NCBI GenBank assembly: GCA_051313645.2
Contig: JBNRSN020000024.1
Location: 63,860,001-63,924,000 of the forward strand
Direction of reading: 5' to 3'
From: Centroscyllium fabricii
Lineage: Eukaryota
Length of the DNA stretch: 64,000 bases
A program made the position numbers and the translations under genes. This document shows, in pieces, positions 22,261-34,489 of the stretch. Within the stretch, counting starts at the first letter, position 1. Each line of letters opens with the position of its first letter. The notes below the pieces were generated by a model. It did not search any database. It was not told the DNA's origin and saw only the letters and a list, made by a program, of their open reading frames with translations.

Positions 22261-23900
22261 GGGCCAGAAATTGCAGTCTGCCCATATCGGGTTTGGTGCG
22301 CGCGCACCAGAGCTTAAACCCGCAGGAAGCAGCCGTTAGCGCAGCTTCGGGTTTTCCCATGCCGGCCAGCCGGGGGGGTTGGAGTTCCTGCGAGGTCCAA
22401 CGCAGGAAGCAGCGAACTACGGGTGCGTCCAGACATTCCGACTTTAAAAAAAAGTTTTTCTACGGACCAAGGCCAGGATTTTCTACGCTGGGAAAAAGCA
22501 GTCGTAAGTAGCCGTTTTTATCTGGTAAGTGTGTATTTTATTGATTTTAATTGTTGTTTTTTCAGGTTTTTAATTGTTGATAACTTTAAAGACAGGTAAG
22601 TGTTTTTTTAGACCTGTTGGAAGTTGAAAAAAATTTCTGCAAATTTTTATTTTTTCTTTAAAATAGGTTATTTGTGTTAGTTGGGGTAATGTTAAAAAAA
22701 TGTGGGGCCAGAAATTAGGGTCTCCCGTTTGGTGCGGGTGCTAGGCCCTGCGGACCCCGAACGCACTGCACCATAATCACACCTTTTTAATGTTAAAAAA
22801 TTGCAGTCTTCTCCTTACCATTCCTGGGCTGCGTAGCAATCCAGCCACGCTAGGTGCGCTATATATGCGCTGCCGTCGTGCGTGCATTAGAGTGATGCCC
22901 CGCCCACTAAGGTCTAATTTAAATTGAAACGGCCCCTGCTTCACACACAGACTCGGCAGGGAGCAAGGACGCGAGCACCACATTAGCACCACGCCCACTG
23001 CTGCACACACAGACTCGGCAGTGAGCAATGGCGGCCTCATCAAATTTTCAACGGAGGTAAGTCTCAGCGATTTTTTCACTAACTTATTTAAATTAAGGAA
23101 ACAGTTTAAAATTTCGGAGGTTCAAATTTTAAAATAACCAATTTGGAACAGAAAGCAGTGTGTTAAAAAATTGAAAATCCGATTTTAACATTTAAAAAAA
23201 AAACTCTAACAGCCAATTTAAATGATCTGGCCACATTTCAAAAAAATTGATAAAACTTAAAATTAAAGGTAAAAAAGTCACTTACCTTCTTGAAGAACGC
23301 ACTGTTCTCACCAACGCACAGTTAACGACTGCTTTTTTCCCGTGCTAATTCAGGCCCATTAGTGCACAGATAGCGCACAGAATAACACCCAAAAACATCG
23401 GGATTTTTGCGTGCTATTCTTTTGTGCGTTGGATGCTGAGGCCTCTTCTGCCTCAGCATCGGAAAGCCCGGATCTGTGCGCTATCCCCGTGCGATGGCTA
23501 GCATGGGGAATTCGGCCCCACTCCGTGCGGGTGCTAATGGTGCGAGGGACCCGAATTTCTGGCCCGTGGTATTTGTAAAATTTTATTTTTGTTTTTAGAT
23601 GTCTTTTGGGCAATCTCTCCTTTCAGAACTTGCACAGATTTCTCAGTGGAAGTTTTGAACGGAGAATTGGTTCCACTGATTGGCTCCCTGCCAATCAGGT
23701 GGTCTCAAAAGCCATCTCGCACTAATTACGCCCTTCAGATGCCCATGAAACTCGCACAGAGCTCTGACAGGCTGGGCTAACTGCAATTTCTCAGTGCAAA
23801 AAAGCAAACCTGAATATGGGCAGTCTTCTATGTTTCTATGTTTCAAGTGCGTTAAGCAGGTACTGCACCCGCACGAAGGCTCCACTGCAATTTCTGGGCC
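22261..23900. mobile_element. PIF/Harbinger-type MITE (outer)
   Basis: Terminal inverted repeats GGGCCAGAAATTGCAGT / ACTGCAATTTCTGGGCC with a 3-bp TSD AAT. Confidence 0.85.
22705..23565. mobile_element. PIF/Harbinger-type MITE nested in another MITE
   Basis: Terminal inverted repeats GGGCCAGAAATTAGGGTC / GACCCGAATTTCTGGCCC with a 3-bp TSD GTG. Same family as 39328-40163. Confidence 0.85.
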
Positions 23901-24908
23901 AATAATAATTGAATTGATATAAGGACTTAAAATCCACCAATAGGACCGATATTTAGGCTGGGATCCGTATATGCCAGGTTGGAGTATCCTAATGACTTTG
24001 TAAGGGGTGCAGCCTATGCCCACCCCTTACGAGGTTATCAGTGTAAGAGGGACAGTGATTTCCGATGATGCTTCCTCAGAGGGACTCGGCATAGGATCAG
24101 CAGTGGAATGCTCTGTAAGACCAGGTATACTGTACTGCTGAAGGGCAGAGGTCCTGTGACCCCCTAACAGGTCTGCAATCTACAGCAATGTTTTCAAAGC
24201 TGCCCCTTTATAAAAGGGGCCACTGAGGCCACCTTAACGTTCATCCGGGGGAATGGAGTGGGGGGCGTGGACGTGGAAACCACTGACTCTCCATCTAGCC
24301 ACTCTTCCACTGCAGTTTTTGCCTCTTTGTCGGTGGGCATCGTGTATGCACCCCTCGTGGCACTGGTGCCCACCATTGGAATTCAAATCAAGGGACCTCC
24401 TTCCGACTCCGTGAAATCCAACAAGATTGGTAGCGGATGTCCCAGACTGGCGCATCGCAGCACTTATATCAGGCTGCGCCCCCCTCTCCAGTGGATATCT
24501 GACCCTACAGTCTTCTCTCATCAAAGAAATCTCAAATGCCGCTTTGAAGAGTGAATTACGTTGAAGCGCAGTGATTATTATTATTCTAATAGTTATTCTG
24601 TAGTTATCATCAGGAAACTAGCATGAAGGCTATTTCAGAGTGCAATTAAAAGCGAGCAGTGTGTTGGCGATGGTGCGGTGGGTCAGAGGATCACATCCCT
24701 GCACACTGAGTTCCCAATCTCAGTTGTTCTACCATGAGCTGGGGTTGAGAAGAAGCCAGATGCTCCTCTGTAGAAGCGTTGGGGAAAGAGTCACAAAGCC
24801 CTCTTTGCACACTTCTTCCTCCAGCTGCAGAGTTCAGATAACAGGTTCTTCACCTGCCCTGCTCGCCACTGATGCTGCCTGAACACCAAGCAAGATGAAT
24901 GGAAAAAA

Positions 24909-25508
24909 GGGAAAAATTGGGTTGCGCCCCATTTGGGGTGCTAACCTCGGAAATTAGCGCCCGGAAAAAGTTAGCGGCGTTGCGCCTTAAATTGGGTTTT
25001 AGCGCCCCAAGGAGGAGGCGGGGTGCTACTGCAGGCGCCCCACCTCATTCCATTAGCAGCCCTCTTAGAGCGGCACGGTGGCATAGTGGTTAGCACTGTT
25101 GCCTTACAGCACTGGAGACCCGGGTTCAAATCCAGCCTCGGGTACTATCTGTGTGGAGTTTGCACATTCTCCCCGTGTCTGCGTGGGTTTCCTCCAGGTG
25201 CTCCGGTTTCCTCCCACAGTCCAAAGATGTGAGGGTTAGGTTGTTTGGCCAGGATAAATTGACCCTTAGTGTTTGGGGGATTGAATATGTGGGGTTACGG
25301 GGATAGGGTGGGATGTGTGTCAGTGCAGGCTCGATAGGGATCGAGGGATATGGGGAGAGGGCAGGGGCGGGGTGCTGGGTTTGGATGGTCAGCCATGATC
25401 TCATTGAATGGTGGAGCAGGCTCGAAGGGCCGAATGGCCTACTCCTGCTCCTATCTTCTATGTTTCTATGTTTCCAACGGCTGGCACAAGCAACCCAATT
25501 TTTTCCCC
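24909..25508. mobile_element. Harbinger-type MITE interrupted by a V-SINE
   Basis: Terminal inverted repeats GGGAAAAATTGGGTTG / CAACCCAATTTTTTCCCC. Related to 27157-28183. Confidence 0.7.
25070..25474 (+). mobile_element. V-SINE (HE1-like) with CR1-derived tail
   Basis: tRNA head with A and B boxes (TGGCATAGTGG, GGTTCAAATCC), the V-domain TGTGTGGAGTTTGCACATTCTCCCCGTG, and a (TTTCTATG)n tail. Confidence 0.9.
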
Positions 25509-25890
25509 AAGAACTTCAAATAAGAGTCTCTTCCCTAGCTGTTTCTGAAAATGTAGATCTAAAACTAAACAGCCCAGGCAATCACTGTATCTCCAGTGAT
25601 CTGTGCACAGCTCCGTTACACTGCCAGGCTCACTTGGTAACTTCTCAAAGCCAGCCCCAGTAATGTAATCAGGGAATGATTAAAGATAAAAAGGTGCTAC
25701 AGTTAATTGTAATTTCTTGGAACTGATGTTCAAAAGGTGGAGCTTGATGGTTACATTGGCTGTTTGAAAGAAAAATTCACATCAAATCACATAAGATATT
25801 CCACTAAAATATTTGGTAGCGATTAAACTCATCTGGACTCAAGCTTCTTGCTGACAGACTGGATTTGTTTTATGTGTTTTACCAAACTAA

Positions 25891-26738
25891 TGCAAGAAGT
25901 CACACAACACCAGATTATAGTCCAACAGTTTTATTTTAAATCACTAGCTTTCGGAGCTTTTGCCCCTTCGTCAGGCGAAAGAGAGACTGACTTAAAGAAC
26001 GCACATATGGGACGAAGGGAGAAATCCGATCTCTCCCACATCTCACCTTAGCAGAGACAGACAGAGCACACAAAGGCGCATTAACATATTTTAAGAGTTT
26101 CATTTAAACATAGCATATATAGAGAGAGAGAACAATGTGGTCTCTCCAGCTGTTTCACATAGAAACATAGAAACATAGAAACTAGGAGCAGGAGTAGGCC
26201 ATTCGGCCCTTCGAGCCTGCTCCGCCATTCAATGAGATCATGGCTGATCATCCAAACCCAGTACCCCGTCCCTGCCCTCTCCCCATATCCCTATCGGGCC
26301 TCCATCATCACATATCCCACCCTATCCCCGTAACCCCCACACATTCAATCTCCCTAACACTAAGGGTCAATTTATCCTGGACAATCAACCTGACCCGCAC
26401 ATCTTTGGACTGTGGGAGGAAACCGGAGCACCCGGAGGAAACCCACGCAGACACTGGGAGAATGTGCAAACTCCACACAGATAGTCACCCGAGGCCGGAT
26501 TTGAACCCGGGTCTCCAGTGCTGTGAGACAACAGTGCTAACCACTGTGCCACCGTGCCACCCTGAGGGACATCGTCCCATATGTGCGTTCTTTAAGTCAG
26601 TCTCTCTTTCGCCTGACGAAGGGGCAGAAGCTCCGAAAGCTTGTGATTTAAAATAAAACTGTTGGACTATAACCTGGTGTTGTGTGACTTCTTGCATTTG
26701 TCCACCCCAGTCCAACACCGGCACCTCCACATCATGGC
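25891..26738. mobile_element. Penelope-like insertion (inverted pLTR pair) with an internal V-SINE
   Basis: A minus copy lies at about 25891-26090 and a plus copy at about 26565-26735. The TSD is TTACCAAACTAA (25879-25890 and 26739-26750). Hammerhead motifs are at 25941-25978 (-) and 26609-26646 (+). Confidence 0.85.
26158..26560 (-). mobile_element. V-SINE (HE1-like) with CR1 tail
   Basis: Reverse-complement copy of the 25070/41855 family. Confidence 0.9.
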
Positions 26739-26742
26739 TTAC

Positions 26743-26899
26743 CAAACTAAGCAGCACGTTTCCATTGGTGCTTATCACCCAATCTCTGAACTGCAACCGC
26801 AGCTTTTCTCTTTTCTTCGCCTGATTGTCCAGCTGCATTTCATCCAGTCGTTCCCTCTCTTTTTGCCTCATCAGTGTTTCTGCTTTTAGAGTGGAAAGC
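26743..26899 (-). CDS. EFCAB5: EFCAB5 coding exon (LSTLKAETLMRQKERERLDEMQ..LRLQFRDWVISTNGNVLLSL)
   Basis: Boundaries TCACAG|GCTT..TTTG|GTAAGC, 157 nt, phase 2 to phase 0. It continues the ..DNR of the large exon and has a coiled coil followed by the QF-W motif, as I recall for EFCAB5. Confidence 0.85.
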
Positions 26900-27156
26900 C
26901 TGTGATGTGAAGAAGTCATCATTAATATCGCCAGATAACAATCTTCTGAATATAGTCATTAATTTGAGGCACCATAGTGCCAATTTTAACCCAGCCCGCC
27001 CGGTGCCAATGGGGTGGGCGTGTAGTTAAAATGGTGGATGGGGGGATTGTCCCGCGTTCCTGCCTGACGGCATTTTAGTCAGGAAAATCTCAGGTAAGGG
27101 AGGGCAGCCCGCCCAGCCTGCCCTGCCCGCCCTCGGCAGCTGGGTACATACTCAAT

Positions 27157-28183
27157 GGGGGAAAAATTTGGTTCCTTGCGCCAGCCGTTAGCGCCCTAAG
27201 AGGGCTGCTAATAGCGCCTGGGCTGGCATCTCCCGTCATATTTAGTGTAACGCTGGCGGCGGCAGCAGCTGGTAGCGTCCTGTGGCGCTGCGCCAGCGGC
27301 GATGACGTCATCGCCGTGCGCAGCGCCTCGCTCGCGCCCCAGCCTTGAACTTCAGCCGCGCCCCCTGACGTAGCGCCAGACACTGTCTCTGACAGGGATC
27401 AGTCGACTAGCATGGGCATGCTCATGTCTTAGTGAATAAAATTGATGCCTAATCAATAACTTCAAAGACTAGAAGTTGAGGAGTGAACTATAGGCTTTTA
27501 TTCACTAAGACATGAGCATGCCCATGCTAGTCGACTGATCCCAGAATGATTGGGGGAGGGAGACAGTCACCTTTCTACCTGGGTCCGAGGAGGAGGAGCC
27601 GCAGGCGGGGTCAGCACGGGCATGCCCGGACAAGCTACACATGAAAGGCTATGTACATTACAGCGGAGGTCACACACAATGCATACGGTTACATACATAT
27701 ATATACAGTGGTTTACCACAAGGGGGACACAGTTGCAACCGGGCCAGTGCTATTTAAAGGAGGGGGTGGGTGTGCCGGGCGGCCATTTTTCTTGCTCGCC
27801 GCCTGCCAGCACCTGCCCCCTCTGCCGTCCCCAGCCTTCCCCGATGCCCCCCTGCGGAGTGCTGGCTGTGCTCCGTGAGCCCGGCACTTCCCTCGAGTGC
27901 CGGCTCCTTGGCCGACACTCCAATCCCCAGCAGTCCAGCGGGGCTCCGGGCTGCGCCGCGCTAGGCCACTCCCCTTTAAGAAGGGGAGGGAGGCCTGCAG
28001 TACCGCGGCGCGCCGTGCTGCAGAGCGTGGCGCAGCGACACACAGTGGCCCGAACTTCAGTTGCTACGCCCAAGGAACGAGATGGGGCGCTATACCCAAT
28101 TTAAGGTGCAACGGCGCTAACTTTTTCGGGGCGCTAATTTCTGAGGTTAGCATCCCAAACAGGGCGCAACACAATTTTCCCCC
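27157..28183. mobile_element. Harbinger-type MITE
   Basis: Terminal inverted repeats GGGGGAAAAATTTG / CAATTTTCCCCC with a TSD AAT. Internally similar to 52254-53019. Confidence 0.8.
27398..27720 (-). mobile_element. LTR (27443-27720) followed by a self-complementary extension
   Basis: Minus-strand TGTGGTAAAC..GCATCA, same family as 38800-39065. AGGG flanks both sides (27394-27397 and 27721-27724). Confidence 0.85.
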
Positions 28184-28799
28184 CAATATGTTAAACTCAC
28201 AACTTGATGATGTTTACTGTGCTGCAACATGCCTTTTACCTAAACTAGTGGGAGACCATCACAGCACCAGACCTGATCGGAGGCAGCAGAGTGGCCAGAA
28301 GAGGCCAAGGTAAGTGTTTAAAAAAAATCTTTTGTGAAGATTCCTTGTGGGCCAGTTGACGCAGGCCTGCCCCTCCAGGTGCCGCAAAAAATTGGACCTC
28401 TCCAAACCTGGCCTTCCCTCTCCTTCCCACCATCGATAGACTATTGCAGACCCCCCTCTCCGACTAGCCTTATGCTGCGAGCTGTTCCCTTGGGTCCTTG
28501 GCATTGTCGGCCTCTTGTATGATTTCCTGCTCCTGTCTATGATGTTATTCCGGCTGGCTTTGGGTGCCAGTGTGGCACTATTCAAATGAGGCCCAGGAGT
28601 TAAAATGACCTGGGCCTCATGTTAAACTCTCCATGAGATTTTCCCTATTCCCTCCCCACAACACCTGCAATGAACGGAGTTAGAATCGGGGCTCATGCGC
28701 TTTAATCTTGTATTTAAGACCCAAATATGCTTTAAAGATTCCATTTCTTGCAGACCACAATGTTGATGTATTGTGCTTAATTCTTAGGTCTTAATTTTG

Positions 28800-31700
28800 T
28801 GGTTATAGTTTCTAAGGTCTCTGTTGTGTATCGGGGAGTGCTAGTAACCAAGGGCCCTTGAGTATATCATTTAATTGTAGTGTAATTGGTGGTATTGATT
28901 TGATTTAAGTTAATCTAAATTAATTGAAGGGTAAGTCATGGCAGGACAGCTTGGCCCCGTGGCATGCTGCTCCTGCACTATGTGGAAAACCAGGGACACT
29001 TCCTGTGTCCCTGACAACCATGTTTGCATGAAATGTATCCAGCTGCAGCAACTGGCAAACCGCATTGCCACGCTGGAGCAGCAAATGGATACAACTGTAG
29101 CAGTCGTGATGCTGAGAACGACGTGGATATCATGTTTAATCAGTTGGTCACACCGCAGGTAAAGGCTGCACAGGCAGGAAAAGAATGGGTGACTGCCAGG
29201 CAGAGTAGTAGGCACAGACAGATAGTGCAGGGGTCCACTGTTGCCATCCCCCTCTCAATATTGTTGAGGGAGGTGGCTTATCGGAGGAAGGCAGCAGCAG
29301 TCAACTTCTTGGCATCATGTGTGGTTCTGCTGCACGCGATGGGTGGAAAAAGGGTGGGAGAGCTATAATAATAGGGGATTCTATTGTAAGGGGAATAGAT
29401 AGGCGTTTCTGCGGCCGCAAACGAGACTCCAGGATGGTATGTTGCCTTCCTGGTGCAAGGGTCAAGGATGTCTCAGAGCAGCTGCAGAGCATTCTGGAGG
29501 GGGAAGGTGAACAGCCAGTTGTCATGGTGTAGAAAGGTACTAACAATATAGGTAAAAACCGGGATGAGGTCCTAAAAGCTGAATATAGGGAGTTCGGAGG
29601 TAAATTACAAAATAGAACCTCAAAGGTAGTAATCTCAGGATTGCTACCAGTGCCATGTGCTAGCCAGAGTAGAAATAGAAGGATATTTCAGATGAATATG
29701 TGGCTAGAGGAATGGTGCAAGGGGGAGGGATTAAAATTCTTGGGACATTGGAACCAGTTCTGGGGGAGGTGGAACCAGTACAAACTGGATGGTTTGCATC
29801 TGGGCAGGACTGAGACCAATGTCCTAGGGGGAGTGTTTGCTAGTGTTCTGGAGGAAGGTTTAAACTAAAATGGCAGGGGGTTGGGAACCTGTGCAGGGAT
29901 ACAGAGGAAAGGGAAACAAGGATAGAAGCAAAGGACAGGAAGGAGAAAAGCAAAAGTGGCAGTCAGAGAAATCAAGGGTTTAAATCAAACATGGCCACAG
30001 TAAATAATAATTCTAAAAAGTCTAAGAGTGTTAAAAAAAACAAGCCTTAAGGCTTTGTAGCTTAATGCGAGGAGCATTCGTAATAAGGTGGATGAATTAG
30101 CTGCGCAAGTAGATGTAAACGGATATGATATGATTAGGATGATGGAAACATGGCTCCAGGGTGACTAAGGCTGGGAACTCAACATCCAGGGGTATTCAAT
30201 ATTCAGGAAAGACAGACAAAAAGGAAAAGGAGGTGGGGTAGCATTGCTGGTTAAAGAGGAGATTAACACAATAGTAAGGAACGATATTAGCTCTGATGAT
30301 GTGGAATCTGTATGGGTAGAACTGAGAACTACCAAGGGGCAGAAAACATTAGTGGGAATGGTATACAGACCTCCAAACAGTAATGCGGAGGTTGGGGGTG
30401 GCATTAAAAGGGTAATTAGAGAAGCGTGCAATAAGAGCATAGCAGTTATCATGGGTGACTTTAATCTACATATAGATTGGGCTAACCAAATTAGTAACAA
30501 TACTGTGGAGGAGGAATTCCTGGAGCATATACGGGATGGTTTCCTGGACCAATATGTCTAGGAACCAACTAGAGATCAGGCCATCTTCGACTGGGTATTA
30601 TGTAATGAGAAAGGATTAATTAGCAAACTTGTTGTGCGAGGCTCCTTGGGTCGGAGCGATCATAATATGGAGAGTGAAGTATTTGACTCAGAGGCTAGAG
30701 TCCTGAATTTAAATTAAGGAAACTATGATGGTAGGGTGAGTTGGGTAGGATGGGTTGGGAAACCTTACTTAAAGGGTTGACAGTGGATAGGCAATGGCAA
30801 ACATTTAAAGATCATGTGGATGAACTACAGAATTTGTTCATCCCTGTTTGGCATAAAAATAAAACAGAAAAGGTGACTCATCCGTGGCTAACAAGGGAAA
30901 TTAGGGATAGCATAAGATCCAAGGAGAGGACATATAATTTGGCCAGAAAAAGCAGCAAACCTGAGGATTCGGAGCAGTTTAGGATTCAACAAAGGAGGAC
31001 AAAGGGATTACTTAAGAGGGGGAAAATAGAGTATGAGAGTAAGCTTGCAGGTAACATAAAAACTGACTGTAAGAGCTTTTATAGATATGTGAAGAGAAAA
31101 CGATTGGTGAAGTCAAGCATAGGTCCCTTGCAGTCAGAATCAGGGGAATATATAATGGGTAACAAAGAAATGGCTGACCAATTAAATACATACTTTGGCT
31201 CTGTCTTCACAAAGGAGGACACAAACAACCTCCCATAGTTGTCGGGGAACATAGGGTCTAATGAGAGGGAGAAACTGAATGAAATCAGTATTTGTAGGGA
31301 AATGGTGTTAGGGAAATTGACGGCATTGAAGGCTGATAAATCCCCAGGGCCTGATAATCTACATCCTAGGGTACTTAAGAAATAGTAGATGCATTGCTGG
31401 TCATCTTCCAAAATTAAATAGACTCTGGAACAGTACCCTTGGACTGGAGGGTAGCTGTTACCCCACTACTCAAAAAAGGTGGTAGAGAGAAAATGGGGAA
31501 TTATAGACCGATAAGCCTGACTTCGGTAGTGGGGAAAATGCTAGAGTCCATTATAAAAGATGTAATAGCAGAGCACTTGGAAAACAGTGACAGGGTCGGA
31601 CAAAGTCAACATGGATTTACAAAAGGTAAATCAAGCTTGACTAATCTACTGTAATTGTTTGAGGATGTAACTCATAGAATAGATAAGGGAGAACCAGTGG

Positions 31701-32889
31701 GTGTGGTGTATTTGGACTTTCAGAAGGCTTTAGATAAGGTTCCGCATAAGAGATTAGCGTGTAAAGTTAAGGCACATGGGATTGGGGGGAAGGTACTGAC
31801 TTGGATAGAGAACTGGTTGGCAGACAGGAAGCAAAGAGTTGGAATAAATGAGTCTTTTTCTGAGCGGCAGGCAGTGACTAGTGGGGTACTGCAGGGATCG
31901 GTCCTTGGACCTCAGCTATTCACAATATATATTAATGATCTAGATAAGGGAACTAGATGTAATATCTCCAAGTTTGCAGATGGCACAAAGCTAGGTGGGA
32001 GTGTGTGCTGTGAGGAGGATGCCGAGAAACTCTAGTATGATTTGGACAGGTTGGGTGATTGGGCAGGTGCATGGCAGGTGCAGTATAATGTGGATAAATG
32101 CAAGGTTATCCACTTTGGTGTCAAAAACAGGAAGGCAGATTATTATCTGAATGGCAATAGATTGGGAGAAGGGGAACTGCAATGAGACCTGGGTGTCCTT
32201 GTGCGCCAGTCACTGAAGGTAAGCATGCAGGTGCAGCAGGCGGTTAAGAAGGCAAATGGTATGTTGAACTTCATAGCGAGAGGGTTCAAGTACAGGATCA
32301 AGGACGTCTTGCTGCAGTAGTACGGGGCCTTGGTGAGACCACACCTTGAGTATTGTGTGCAGTTTTGGTCACCTTATCTGAGGAAGGATGTTCTTGCCAT
32401 GGATGGAATGCAGCGAAGATTCACCAGACTGATACCTAGGATGGCAGGAATGACATATGAGGAGAGATTGGGTCAATTGGGCTTATACTTGCTGGAGCTT
32501 AGAGGAATGAAACTTATAAAATTCTAACAGGACTAGACAAGCTAGATGCAGGAAGGATATTCCCGATGGCTGGGGAGTCCAGAACCAGGGGTCACAGTCT
32601 AAAGATAAGGGGTAAGCCATTTAGGACAGAGATGAGGAGGAATTTCTTCACCCAGAGAGTGGTGAACCTGTGGAATTCTCTACCACAGAAGGCAGTTGAG
32701 GCCAATTCAGTAAATATATTCAAGAAGGAGTTGGATATATTTCTTATGGCTAAAGGGATCAAGGGGTATGGGGAGAAGGCAGGGACAGGGTACTGAATTT
32801 GGATGATCAGCCATGATCTCATTGAATGGCGGAGCAGGCGCGAGGGGCTGAATGGCCGACTCCTGCTCCTATCTTCTATGTTTCTATGT
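28800..32889 (+). mobile_element. Near full-length degenerate CR1 LINE (ORF1 zinc finger + SGNH esterase; ORF2 APE-RT)
   Basis: ORF1 motifs CCSCTMW..CMKC, IGDSIVRG, CLPGA and DGLHL. ORF2 has many stops. The tail is TTCTATG. The 5' boundary is approximate. Confidence 0.93.
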
Positions 32890-33516
32890 GTTAAACTGAA
32901 TTTAGATCAAGCAGCCAATTCCCCATTTAAATCTTTATTCTAAATAAAGTCAGATGTGCAGGAGCCAAGATTAATGCACCTCATCACTTCAGGCCCCAGA
33001 TAAAATCCAGTCTAATGACAAGTAATGGAATTTAACTTTTAGCAATGGGCCAGGTGACAGCTAAAGGGTTGATGGTAATCTTGGCTTAGTCTCAATAGAC
33101 ACTTCTTCAGAGCAGATGCTGCATTATAGATATGAAACATTGTCAGATTAGGTGAGAATTCACCATGCCAAGAAGTGAACAGTCTGATTTCCTGGCCGTC
33201 AAAAGGAGGATGAATATCTGAGGGATTTCACGTTTTGAAATGAGATTAAATAAATCACATCCTAAATATCTTCAAGTTATCCAGAATAATGAATAGCTCA
33301 AGTATAAGACTATAAAGAGTCATGCATAATTGCCATCATGTTTATGTAACCACAAAAAATAGGAATGGGGAAGGTTAATGCTCAATGGTTTTTTTTAATA
33401 TTAAACTTTTAGGAGGGGTCACGTAATGACATCTTACCATCGCTGAGAGGACGAGATCGGAGGCGGATCAGCTATGACATTTGAAATGATTGACAGCAGG
33501 TCGGGAACGCTGGAGT

Positions 33517-34270
33517 GTCAACTGTGGCTCAGTGGGTAGCACACTCGCCTCTGAGTCAGAATGTTGTGGGTTCAAGTCCCACTCCAGGGACTTGAGCACA
33601 TGCATCTAGGCTGACACTCTAGTGCAGTGCTGAGGGAGTGCTGCACTGTCAGAGGTGCCATCTTTCGGATGAGACGTCAAACCCGAGGCCTCGTCTGCTC
33701 TCACAGGTGGATGTAAAAGATCACATGGCACTATTTCAAAGAAGAGCAGGTCTAAGGATAAGGGGTAAGCCATTTAGGACAGAGATGAGGAGGAATTTCT
33801 TCACCCAGAGAGTGGTGAACCTGTGGAATTCTCTACCACAGAAGGCAGTTGAGGCCAATTCATTAAATGTATTCAAGAAGGAGTTGGATATATTTCTTAA
33901 GGCTAAAGGAATCAAGGGAAATGGTTAGAAAGCAGGGACAGGGTACTGAATTTGGATGATCAGCCATGATCTCATTGAATGGCGGAGCAGGCTCAAGGGG
34001 CCGAATGGCCTACTCCTGCTCCTATCTTCTATGATTCTATGAGTTATCCCCAGTGTCCTGGCCAATATTTATCCCTCAATGAATATAACAAAACAGATTA
34101 TCCGGCCATTATCACATTACTGTTTGTGGGACCTTGCTGTGCCCAAATTGGCTGCTGCGTTTCCTACATTACAACAGTGACTACACTCTAAAAGTACTTC
34201 AGTGACTGTAAAGCGCTTTGAGACATCCGGTGGTCATGAAGGGTGCTATATAAATGCAAGTATTTCTTTC
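33517..34270 (+). mobile_element. Deu-domain SINE interrupted by a CR1 3' fragment (about 33750-34042)
   Basis: tRNA head, Deu-like core and L2-type tail. The insert matches 32597-32880. Confidence 0.85.
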
Positions 34271-34489
34271 TTTCATTTTAAAACACCCAAGTGCGTTGGT
34301 ATGCTTCCAGTAGGGTGAGGGGTGACTAATGAGATGGGAATGTGAAAATGTAGATAGAGAGGGATGGGTGGAGGTGCAAGGTAAGTTGGTGTGAGTAAGG
34401 ATGTGCAGGAGTAGGGTAGAGAAGGCAGAGTGATGGGGATGTGATGAGTGGCACAGCAGGATGACGTTGAGTGTGGCTTTGCAGTAGCA

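Larger units (their letters stand above)
26976..28692. mobile_element. GC-rich MITE-like element (outer layer of a three-tier nest)
   Basis: Degenerate terminal inverted repeats GCCAATTTTAAC / GTTAGAATCGGGGC. Boundaries are approximate. Confidence 0.5.

Noticed and set aside
25070-25145. tRNA genes at SINE heads (also 33520, 41855, 54100)
   Set aside because: A and B boxes are present but run directly into SINE bodies, and I could not form a convincing cloverleaf.
26485-26742. C-terminal part of ORF 26485..26922 as protein
   Set aside because: It is read-through past a GTAAGC donor into Penelope and SINE sequence.
27550-28313. Long GC-rich ORFs here and at 52406-52930 and 36800-37198
   Set aside because: They arise from stop-poor, GC-rich MITE sequence and contain no domain motifs.
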